This document shows positions 1 to 57,469 of a stretch of DNA of 64,000 bases, in pieces. The position numbers were made by a program, and so were the translations under genes. Origin of the DNA: Felis catus (Eukaryota); contig NC_058371.1 of assembly GCF_018350175.1 (NCBI RefSeq), positions 193,130,001 to 193,194,000 on the forward strand, in the 5' to 3' direction. The notes below the pieces were generated by a model that did no database searches, was not told the DNA's origin, and saw only the letters and a program-made list of their open reading frames with translations. The number at the start of each line of letters is the position of its first letter. Position 1 is the stretch's first letter.

Positions 1-1395
1 TTCGATGGCAACTTGTTAACCGTAAGAAATACTTTTCAACACTGTGTATTCTTACAGACTTTTTTTGGCTTCATCTGGCAAACGTAATGTACCTGTGTAA
101 TACTGTTCAGGGCAAATACGTTTTATGTGAGACCAGCAATGAACCAATGCTGTTTGGAATGAATCGTGACTATATATAGGGTGAATGATTATCCCCATTT
201 CCCAAGATGGAGAAGTTGCCTGAGAACATGGGACTCTGGGTGCAAAAAAACAGGCACTTGGCCACAGTGTTTGTCTGTTACTTACAAAACTTTGTTCTGG
301 AAACATATCCACATCTTCCACTGGATAGTTACAAACAAAAGATTTGTTGTACATTTCTGTAGGTTTACTGTTCTGTTAGGAGTTTGTGTAATTCCTTGCT
401 GCCATCTAGTGGTGAAATACAGAAGAGCCTTAGTAATTCCCAATTCTCAATGTAACATTTTAACGTTGGAAGGCTCCGACACAAAAACCAGCTGGTCAAA
501 TTAACTTAAGTCAGGAGATTGTTAGTAACTAGTTAGCATTAAGAACGCTTAAAGTGATCAAATGCAGACATCTTAGATGAATTGAAAACTCTGTTTTTAA
601 TTTTCATGTCCAGTAGCTTTCCATGAGCAATGCCTTTCATAGTGTTTTTTAAACTCTTTTATTTAAGTCTATTTTACATAGACTGGAGCATCCATATCCT
701 AAGTACGTAGGCGTCAACTTCCATGTCGTGAACGTGCGGATGATGTCATTAGTCACCCCTCCCCAAACAGAACCACTGAGTTTTAGCACCATCATTTTCT
801 CGAGGTGGTACATTATATAAAATAGAACGATACAGTATGTATGCTTTGTTTACAGCTTCTCATGTGGCATTTTAATACTAAAGTAACTCATGTTTCTTTT
901 TAACCTGTAAAATAAAACTAATAGAGACAATTAGAGAGATCCCTGCTTTTGGAGGGAGCAGAGATATGCATGGGAGGTGCGTTTATGCGTGCACTGTGCA
1001 GGAGGATGTACCGCCATATTCACATGTGTGCAGGAATGGGACTCTGACGCGCTCTGTCTTATAACCTTTGTTCCTTCTGTTTCCTCCACAATTTCTTGGG
1101 AACATTGTTCCATTTATAAGAGTTCCTATTCAACAGAACAGCATATCTTAAACGGGTATGTGCCTCCTCCAAGAGCACCGAGTCCTGTTTTGTGGCCCAC
1201 GTGTTGGATTATGGGATCTTGGCAGGAAGGCTGTGGCAGGGGAAGAGGGCCTGGTGGGGAGGAGGGTCCCGCCGTCGTGGGGCCTCTGCTCAGAAGCCCT
1301 GCTCCCCTCCCATCTACAGAGCTGCTCTGTGCCTGGCCAGGTGACCACGGGTCACACACTGAATGCTCTTCTCTTCTCTTCTTCATTTCCCGCAG

Positions 1396-47640
<46,245 letters not shown>

Positions 47641-48000
47641 ACAAAGTTTTTAAACAGAGCCAACGGCACGAGTTCTTGATCTACAGCGTCTCTGAATACT
47701 GGAAAAGAAACCTTCCCTTCCAGAGTTTACAGAGTTTAGTGATTCTTGTATGCAACACTCACTGATGCGCCAAAGAGTAAAAAGTGTGCATTCACAGCTG
47801 TTTTGGTTTTTGTTTTGTTTTCTCTCCAGAAATTTTGCTTTAATCATCTGAGCCTTCTATGAAAGTTCCAATATGTATTACATTCATTCATTTCCAGTTT
47901 AGTTTTCAGAACAAGGCATGAATTGTGTCACATTTCATTGTTTGGGAACCTAGACTTGTAGCTAGGCAAAATCCAGCAAATAACAGTTGTGTGTGTGAAA

Positions 48001-48006
48001 AATAAA
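48001..48006 (+). promoter_or_regulatory. Candidate polyadenylation signal
   Basis: AATAAA about 360 nt after the TGA at 47640; no transcript evidence available. Confidence 0.35.
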
Positions 48007-48080
48007 AGTGATTTCAGAAATCTGACTCTAATCTTCTTATTGAAACACATACCTATATTATAGACATCGATTATGTCACT

Positions 48081-48503
48081 GTGTCATTTGCTCAAGGCTG
48101 CTGTAGCAAGTTAGACAAGGTGGGTGGCTTAAAGCAGCAGAAGTATCTTCTCCCACAGTTCTGGAGGCCAGAAGTCTGAAATGCATTCATCAGCACAGCT
48201 GGTTCTTCCAAGGGGGATCGCACAGGAGTCTGCTCTATGCCTTTTTCCTAGATTCTGATGATTGAGACGATCCACGGCATTCCTTGGACACTCACTCCAG
48301 TCTCTGTCTCTTCCCATGGAGTCTTCCTTGGGTGCCTGTGTCCAGATTTCCCTCTGCTTCTAAGGAGTCATTGGATCAGGGCCCATCCTAATCAAGAATG
48401 ATCTCATCTTAATTTCATCACATCTGCAAACAACCTATTGGCAAACATTCGCAGGTTCTAGGTGATATGAATTTGGGAGGGAACACCATTCAGACCAGCA
48501 CAG
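48081..48503 (-). mobile_element. MLT1 (ERVL-MaLR) solo LTR
   Basis: GGTGGCTTAAAGCAGCAGAAG...CACAGTTCTGGAGGCCAGAAGTCTGAAAT. Confidence 0.8.
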
Positions 48504-49056
48504 TCATCCAGCAGTGATAGCAAATAGCCAAAAAGATAGGGAAGGAAACTCAAAGGAGAGCAACACTATACACCCTCTACACACAGGAACTAAGTTAAAT
48601 TACCAAAATCACAAAAGAGAGAAAATTTATAAATTTTGTTAGACACATACAAAATAGTGACTCATCTCCCTCTTAATTTTATGTTCATCTCTTTATTTAA
48701 GAACATGTTAATACTCCACTGCTTGTGAGCAGAAAGTGTCTCTTCATCTAACACCATGATACCTGGCCCCTGCCACACAATGGATTCACGTGGCTGATGC
48801 TGAGGACCCACCCTTAGAGATTCGGATATAGTGGCCTGAACATGTGGATGCTTAAATTTCCTCAGATGATTCTAATAGACGGCCAAGGCTGAGAAACACT
48901 TCCCTGGATTAACAGACCACTTTCTGGGCTACACCCCATGCAGTTCTCGTGCAGCCTGACTTCAGAACTACAAATAGAGTTCCATGTGCATTTCATCCAA
49001 TTAATAGGTAACTACTTATCTGCTATGTCCCAAGCAAGTTCAAGACGCTGATGGAT

Positions 49057-49284
49057 GGGGCGCCTGGGTGGCGCAGTCGGTTAAGCGTCCGACTTCAGCC
49101 AGGTCACGATCTCGCGGTCCGTGAGTTCGAGCCCCGCGTCGGGCTCTGGGCTGATGGCTCAGAGCCTGGAGCCTGTTTCCGATTCTGTGTCTCCCTCTCT
49201 CTCTGCCCCTCCCCCGTTCATGCTCTGTCTCTCTCTGTCCCAAAAATAAATAAACGTTGAAAAAAAAATTAAAAAAAAAAAAAA
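49057..49284 (+). mobile_element. Young SINEC_Fc
   Basis: Perfect TSD AAGACGCTGATGGA. Confidence 0.96.
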
Positions 49285-50365
49285 GACGCTGATGGAAGAG
49301 AGGTGAGCTAACAGATTGGCCCAACCTCCCAGAAGCTCAGTGTCAGTGTTGGAACCAAGACAACACACTGGAGGTGTGTGAGAGACACAGAAGCCTGGGT
49401 GGTGGTGGGGATCAAGGGAGGTTTGCTGCCATTGAGTTTCTAAAATTGTATGAATTGGACAAAGAAGATGGCAGCGTAGGAGGACACTGGGCTCACTGCG
49501 TCCTGCGGATCACTTAGATTCTACCCACACCTGCCTAAATAACCCAGAAAACCGCCAGAAGACTAGCAGAATGGACTCTCTGGAGCCAAGCATAGACAAG
49601 AGGCCCACGGAAGAGGGTAGGAAGGGTGGAGAGGCGGTGCGTGCTAAACCGACTGGCGGGAGGGAGCCGGGGCGGTGGAGGGGCAGCCCGCCAGCAAGGT
49701 GGAATCCCTGAGCCTGGCTTGCAAAAGCGGAGGGGCCGGACTCCATGAGTTATGACAGCCAGCGGGACTTAACATCTGGAATGCTATAAGTCAACAGCTC
49801 TGCTCAGAGAGCGGGAGGGCGAGAGGACACCGGAAGGGAAGGTTGTTGGGCCCTGGAAGACAGAGCTGGCCAGCGCCATCTCCCTCTCCCATCCCCCAGC
49901 CAAAATCCCAAAGGGAACCAGTTCCCATCACCGAACTTGCTTGCACCGCGCAAACACCCAACGCTGTGCTTCTGTGGATCCAACCTTCTGATGAGTCAGC
50001 CTCCCTCCCGGTGCTGCAGGGCCCCTCCCGTAGGGGACCGCAGATGGCAAAGTGAGCTGAGCCTGCCCCTCCCGCCCCTGTGCACCTTGCAGATCCACCC
50101 TGGCTAATACGCCATTGGCCAGATCCCATCGAAGCAGCACCACAAGCCTGGCAGTGTGCAAGCAGCCCAGACAGGGGCCACACCACTCCACAGTGAGTCC
50201 CGCCCCTGGGAGAGGGGAAGATAAGGTACATACTAGTCTGACTGTGGCCCCAGCGGTGGGCTGGGGACAGACATCAGGTCTGACTATGGCCCCGCCCACC
50301 AACACAAGTTACTCCAGATAGCACAGGGGAAGTGCCCTGCAGTTCCACCCCAGAGACTACCCAAA

Positions 50366-51243
50366 ATGATGAAACAGAACTCTCCTCAAAAGAAACTCCA
50401 GGAAGTAGTGACAGCTAACAAATTGATCAAAAACGATTTAAGCAATATAACAGAACAAGAATTGAGAATAATAGTCATAAAACTAATCGCTGGGCTTGAA
50501 AAAAGTATAGAGGACAGCACAGAATCTATTGCTACAGAGATCAAGGGACTAAGAAATAGTCATGAGGAGCTAAAAATGCTATAAATGAGGTGCAAAATAA
50601 AATGGAGGCGACCACAGCTCAGATTGAAGAGGCAGAGGAGAGAATAGGTGCCTTAGAAGATAAAATTATGGAAAAAGAGGAAGCTGAGAAAAAGAGAGAT
50701 AAAAAAATCCAGGAGTATGAGGAGAGAATTAGAGAACTAAGTGATGCAATGAAACGGAACAATATCCGTAAAATAGGAAGAGGAAGAGAGAAAGGGGCTG
50801 AAGGTGTACTTGAAGAAATCATAGCTGAGAACTTCCCGGATCTGGGGAAGGAAATAGGCATTGAAATCCAAGAGGCACAGAGAACTCCCTTCAGACGTAA
50901 CTTGAATCAATCTTCTGCATGACATATCATGGTGAAACTGGCAAAATACAAGGATAAAGAGAAAATTCTGAAAGCAGCTAGGGATAAACATGCTCTAACA
51001 TATAAAGGGAGATCGATAAGTCTAGTGGCAGACCTATATACTGAAACTTGGCAGGTCAGAAAGGAATGGCAGGAAATCTTCAATGTGATGAACAGAAAAA
51101 ATATGCAGCCGAGAATCCTTTATCCAGCAAGTCTGTCATTCAGAATAGAAGGAGAGATAAAGGTCTTCCCAAACAAACAAAAACTGAAGGAATTCATCAC
51201 CACTAAACCAGCCCTACAAGAGATCCTAAGGGGGATTTTGTGA
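50366..51243 (+). pseudogene. L1 ORF1p remnant
   Basis: Three ORF pieces (MMKQNSPQK..., MQNKMEA...EIIAENFPDL, ...QPRILYPASLSF...KPALQEIL) split by a frameshift and a stop. Confidence 0.93.
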
Positions 51244-51310
51244 GTGAAATGTTGCAAGGACCACAAAGTACCAGAGACATCAGTACAAGCATGAAACTAC
51301 GGACATCACA

Positions 51311-54300
51311 ATGACTCTAAACTCATATCTTTCTATAATAACACTGAATGTAAATGGACTAAATGCTCCAACCAAAAGACATAGGGTATCAAAATGGATA
51401 AAAAACACAAGACCCATCTATTTGCTGTCTACAAGAGACTCATTTTAGACCTGAGGACACCTTCAGATTGAAAGTGAGGGGATGGAGAACTATCTATCAT
51501 GCTACTGGAAGTCAAAATAAAGGTGGAGTAACCACACTTATATCAAACAAACTACACTTTAAATTAAAGGCTGTAACAAGAGATGAAGAAGGGCATTATA
51601 TAATAATTACAGGGTCTATCCATCAGGAAGAGCTAACAATTATAAATGTCTATGCACCAAATACAGGAGCCCCCAAATATATAAAACAATTAATCACAAA
51701 CATAAGCAACCTTATTGATAAGAATGTGGTAATTGCAGGGGACTTTAATACTCCACTTACATCAATGGATAGATCATCTAGACACAGAATCAATAAAGAA
51801 ACAAGGGCCCTGAATGATTCATTGGATCAGATGGACTTGACAGATATATTTAGAACTCTGCATCCCAAAGCAACAGAATATACTTTCTTCTCGAGTGCAC
51901 ATGGAACATTCTCCAAGATAGATCACATACTGGGTCACAAAACAGCCCTTCATAAGTATACAAGAATTGAGATCATACCATTCACACTTCAGACCACAAT
52001 GCTATGAAGCTTGAAATCAACTACAGGAAAAAGTCTGGAAAACCTCCAAAAGCATGGAGGTTAAAGAACACCTGACTAAAGAACGAATGGGTCAACCAGG
52101 CAATTAGAGAAGAAATTAAAAAATATATGGAAACAAATGAAAATGAAAATGAAAATACAACAATCCAAACTCTTTGGGATGCAGCGAAGGCAGTCCTGAG
52201 AAGAAAATACATTGCAATCCAGGCCTATCTCAAGAAACAAGAAAAATCCCAAATACAAAATCTAACAGCACACCTAAAGGAAATAGAAGCAGAACAGCAA
52301 AGACAGCCTAAATCCAGCAGAAGAAGAGAAATAATAAAGAGCAGAGCAGAAATAAACAATATAGAATCTAAAAAAAAAAAAAAACTATAGAGCAGATCAA
52401 TGAAACCAAGAGTTGGTTTTTTGAAAAAATAAACAAAATTGATAAACCTCTAGCCAGGCTTCTCAAAAAGAAAAGGGAGATGACTCAAATAGATAAAATC
52501 ATGAATGAAAATGGAATTATTACAACCAATCCCTCAGAGATACAAGCAATTTTCAGGGAATACTATGAAAAATTATATGCCAACAAACTGGACAACCTGG
52601 AAGAAATGGACAAATTCCTAAGCACCCACACACTTCCAAAACTCAAACAGGAAGAAATAGAAAACTTGAACAGATGCATAACCAGTGAAGAAATTGAATC
52701 AGTTATCAAAAATCTCCCAACAAATAAGAGTCCAGGACCAGATGGCTTCCCAGGGGAATTCTACCAGACATTTAAAGCAGAGATAATACCTATCCTTCTC
52801 AAGCTGTTCCCAAAAATAGAAAGAGAAGGAAAACTTCTAGACTCATTCTGTGAAGCTAGCATTACTTTGATTCCTAAATCAGACAGATACCTAGCAAAAA
52901 AAGAGAACTACAGGCCAATATCCCTGATGAATGTGGATGCAAAAATTCTCAATAAGATACTAGAAAATCNNNNNNNNNNNNNNNNNNNNNNNNNNNNNNN
53001 NNNNNNNNNNNNNNNNNNNNNNNNNNNNNNNNNNNNNNNNNNNNNNNNNNNNNNNNNNNNNNNNNNNNNNNNNNNNNNNNNNNNNNNNNNNNNNNNNNNC
53101 CATATGATCCTGTCAATCGATGCAGAAAAAGCATTTGACAAAATTCAGCATCCTTTCTTAATAAAAACCCTTGCGAAAGTCGGGATAGAAGGAACATACT
53201 TAAACATCATAAAAGCTATTTATGAAAAGCCCACAGCTAATATCATCCTCAATGGGGGAAAACTGAGAGCTCTCTCCCTGAGATCAGGAACACGACAGGG
53301 ATGCCCACTCTCACTGCTGTTGTTTAACATAGTGGTGGAAGTGCTAGCATCAGCAATCAGACAACAAAAGGAAATCAAAGGCATCAGAACTGGCAAAGAT
53401 GAAGTAAAGCTTTCACTCTTTGCAGATGACATGATATTATACATGGAAAACCCGATGGACTCCACCAAAAGTCTGCTAGAACTGATACATGAATTCAGCA
53501 ATGTCGCAGGATACAAAATCAATGTACAGAAATCAGTTGCATTCTTATACACTAATAATGAAGCAACAGAAAGACAAAGAAATTGATCCCATTCACAACT
53601 GCACCAAGAAGCATAAAATACCTAGGAATAAACCTAACCAAAGATGTAAAAGATCTGCATTCTGAAAACTATAGAAAGCTTATGAAGGAAATTGNNNNNN
53701 NNNNNNNNNNNNNNNNNNNNNNNNNNNNNNNNNNNNNNNNNNNNNNNNNNNNNNNNNNNNNNNNNNNNNNNNNNNNNNNNNNNNNNNNNNNNNNNNNNNN
53801 NNNNNNNNNNNNNNNNNNNNNNNNNTCTCGAAGCTAGAACAAGCAATCCTAAAATTTGTATGGAACCACAAAAGACCTCAAATAGCCAAAGTAATTTTGA
53901 AGAAGACCAAAGTGGGAGGCATCACAATCGCAGACTTTAGCCTCTACTACAAAGCTGTAATCATCAAGACAGAATGGTATTGGCACAAAAGCAGACACAT
54001 AGACCAATGGAATAAAATAGAGACTCCAGAATTGGACCCACAAAAGCATGGCCAACTAATCTTTGACAAATCAGGAAAGAATATCCAATGGAAAAAGACA
54101 GTCTGTTTAACAACTGGTCAGCAACATGCAGAAGGTACTGGGAGAACTGGACAGCAACATGCAGAAGGATGAAACTAGACCACTTTCTTACACCATTCAC
54201 AAACAAACTCAAAATGGATAAAGGACCTGAATGTGAGGCAGGAAACCATCCAAACCCTAGAGGAGAAAGCAGGAAAAAACCTCTCTGACCTCAGCCACAG

Positions 54301-55143
54301 CAATTTCTGAGTTGACACATCCCAAAGGCAAGGGAATTAAAAGCAAAAATGAACTATTGGGACCTCATGAAGATAAAAATCTTCTGCACTGCAAAGGAAA
54401 CAATCAACAAAACTAAAAGGCAACCAATGGAATGGGAAAAGATATTTGCAAATGACATATCAAAAGGCTAGTATCCAAAATCTATAAAGAACTCACCAAA
54501 CTCCACACCCGAAAAACAAATAACCCGTGAAGAAATGGGCAGGAAACATGAATAGACACTTCTCTAAAGAAGACATCCAGATGGCCAACAGGCACGTGAA
54601 AAGATGCTCAACGTCACACCTCATCAGGGAAATACAAATCAAAACCGCACTGGGATACCACCTCAAGCCAGTCAGAGTGGCTAAAATGAACAAATCAGGA
54701 GACTATAGATGCTGGAGAGGATGTGGAGAAAGGGGAACCCTTTTGCGCTGTTGGGAATGCAAACTGGTGCAGCCGCTCTGGAAAACAGTGTGGAGGTTCC
54801 TCAAAAAAATTAAAAATAGATCTATGACCAAGCAATAGCACTGCTAGGAATTTACCCAAAGGATACAGGAGTGCTGATGCATAGGGGCACTTGTACCCCA
54901 ATGTTCATAGCAGCACTTTCAACAATAGCCAAATTATGGAAAGAGCCTAAATGTACATCAGCTGATGAATGGATAAAGAAATTGTGGTTTATATACACAA
55001 AGGAATACTACGTGGCAATGAGAAAGAATGAACTATGGCCTTTTGTAGCAACGTGGATGGAAGTGGAGAGTGTTATGCTAAGTGAAATAAGTCATACAGA
55101 GAAAGACAGACACCATATGTTTTCACTCTTATGTGGATCCTGA
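51311..55143 (+). pseudogene. L1 ORF2p remnant (endonuclease and reverse transcriptase)
   Basis: [40 protein letters not shown] and LFADDMILY motifs; several frameshifts/stops and two N gaps. Confidence 0.95.
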
Positions 55144-55435
55144 GAAACTTAACAGAAGACCATAGGGGAGGGGAAGGAAAAAAAATAAAAAAGAGGTTAG
55201 AGAGGGAGGGAGCCAAAACATAAGAAACTCTTAAAAACAGAACAAACTGAGGGCTGATTGGGGGGGGAGGGAGGGGAGGGTAGGTGAGGGGTACTGAGGA
55301 GGGCACCTGTCGGGATGAGCACTGGGTGTTGTATGGAAACCAATTTGACAATAAATTTCATATTTAAAAAAATAAATAAGTAAATAAAATAGTATAAATC
55401 AAACACCTACTATTACACACTTATCAAATCTTTCC

Positions 55436-55612
55436 TTTTTTATTTTAGAGAGAGCACAAATCAGGGAGAAGGGCAGAGGGAGAGAGAGAGAATCTTAGTA
55501 GGCTCCATGCTCACCACGGAGCCTGACATGGGGCTCGATCCCATGATCCTGGATCATGGCCTGAGCCAAAATCGAGTTGGACACTCAACTGACTGAGCCA
55601 CCCAGGCGCCCC
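55436..55612 (-). mobile_element. SINEC
   Basis: Reverse-strand body; TSD TCAAATCT. Confidence 0.88.
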
Positions 55613-55694
55613 TCAAATCTGTTTCTTATAAAGGCTCTGTGCCTTTCACTTGTCCCCTCATACTATCCTCGTTATATCCCTATGAGGTCAGAAC

Positions 55695-55833
55695 TTTTTT
55701 TTTTTTAATTTTTTTTTTCAACGTTTTTTATTTATTTTTGGGACAGAGAGAGACAGAGCATGAACGGGGGAGGGACAGAGAGAGGGAGACACAGAATCGG
55801 AAACAGGCTCCAGGCTCCGAGCCATCAGCCCAG
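55695..55833 (-). mobile_element. 5'-truncated SINEC_Fc
   Basis: Only the 3' half is present; TSD CAGAACTTTT. Confidence 0.88.
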
Positions 55834-56082
55834 AACTTTTAATCCCAATTATAAATGATCTGAAGCTTAGAGACGTGAGTTGTCTAACATCACACAGCTC
55901 ATGTGTCTGGACCAGAAGAGGAGCCAGGTTCCCCAGAATGTAAACCCCTGGCTCTCAGTCCATGCACATCACAGGCTAGGGTGGGTTTGGGCACAAACCA
56001 TTTCCTAAGCATTCCTAATATTTCAAACTAGAACCACATTGTAGCTGTCTGGTATTTTCTAATGACAAAATGCAATATAAAT

Positions 56083-56260
56083 CAGTGCTACCCAAAGTAT
56101 GGCCTGAACACCAGAAGCATCTGGATGGCCTGAGGAGCTGTGGGAATGCTAATTCTCAGACTCCACCCCAGATACACTGAATCCCAGTCTTTGAGGGTAA
56201 CGCCCCAGAATGTGAATTCTAGTAAGCTTTTCCAGATGAGTCTGAAGCACAGTAACGCTG
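56083..56260 (+). mobile_element. MER5A-like DNA transposon
   Basis: CAGTGCTACCCAAAG...CTCCACCCCAGATACACTGAATC. Confidence 0.65.
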
Positions 56261-57044
56261 GCCAAGCAATATTTCAAGTCATCCTAAAGGAAATAGTCTT
56301 GATCCATTTAGAAAATAGCTATTGCCCAAGATGTACAGTTCAGTGGCACTGCAAGCTGCAGATTGTTGGCAGAGCATCATCAGCTACGCATCTGCTGGGG
56401 AAATGGGAGAGGTGGAGCCGGTCCAGAGTGGTCATGGAGTGGGGGAAGGGTTACAGGGCTAACCACAGCCCCAAAGCCCACTGTCCATCTGAAATGCCCA
56501 TCTCCATTCCTTCCTGGGTAGGGGCTCCTGTACCCCCGTGTGCCTTTCCTGAGCTACTGCTACCACCCCCTGTGTCTGATCAGACACTCCCACTCCTTCT
56601 CTGTCCTCTTCTCGATGAGCATTTATGTCATTTCTCTCCCCCTCAACAAGATTTCAAACGCTGTGCACAAAGGCCATGTCTTTAGGTTCCTTTGATTCCC
56701 ATGGTCCTTTAGAGGCAGAACGGGCTGGTATCAGACTCAGAAGCCTGGGTTCCCATGTGGCTCTCCCTTGAGAAGGAGTACAAGCTTCTTTAGCTACATT
56801 CCCCCTCTGTAAAATGGGGAGGGGATTGCACCCACTTTATTGGCTGTATGATCAGCATCCAGCCCAGCACTGAGTAGGACTCAGTAAAAGGGAGCCAATG
56901 TGACCTGCCCATGGCAGCCTTCCAGTAAATAGATCAAGTTTCTTTCAGAGCTAGTGATCTTGTCCCTGTGGTTCAAGCAAAGGCTGGTCAACCTATTGTG
57001 AGACGTCATGAACAGGAGTCTTCACTCAGTTCAAAAAGGAAAGG

Positions 57045-57450
57045 AAAAGGAAGATGGCAGATTAAGAAGCATCAGGACCCACCTCCCTACTTAAACAGGA
57101 ATTACACTGGCAGAATCTTTCTGATGAACTATTTTGGAACTCCAAATCTATTGAAGGCATGGCAAATTCCAAGGGAGTCTTGGATGGTAAATTGTGGTTA
57201 ACTTCAGTAAATTTCATTTCTTAGCTCTGCGATTCCAACCCCCCTCATCCAAGTCTGATGACAGGTACCTGTGTATGTGTTCCTGGAGTGGCTGGTACAC
57301 AGACTTTGAGTGCCAGGAGGGGCCATAAGGACCCTGTCCCTCAGACATCAGAGAGCTGTGTTCTGAGCACTGACCGCTGCTTCTAATCACAGAGGTGCAG
57401 TCGTGGAAGGGGGCAGCCATTGTCACACTCCCTCCAAGGACCAGCTGCAT
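57045..57450 (+). mobile_element. Old L1M 5'UTR fragment
   Basis: AAGATGGCAG...CACTGGCAGAATCTTTCTGATGAACTATTTTGGAACTC resembles the recalled L1M 5' consensus. Confidence 0.55.
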
Positions 57451-57469
57451 TATGTTCGCACTGTCTTCT

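Larger units (their letters stand above)
49457..55400 (+). mobile_element. Near-full-length carnivore/felid LINE-1, disabled
   Basis: GC-rich 5'UTR, ORF1 and ORF2 remnants, G-rich 3'UTR, A-rich tail; TSD-like AAAATTGTATGAATT (49442-49456) / AAAATAGTATAAATC (55386-55400). Confidence 0.97.

Noticed and set aside
52480-53586. 368-aa reverse transcriptase ORF as a novel RT system
   Set aside because: It is an ordinary L1 ORF2 fragment in a frameshifted element, and it reads through an N gap.
54111-54170. Short tandem duplication (CAGCAACATGCAGAAGG) in L1 ORF2
   Set aside because: A local mutation in a dead element with no sign of function.
56140-56685. 181-aa ORF
   Set aside because: Starts at a non-ATG codon in a MER5A-like repeat; no homology or splice support.
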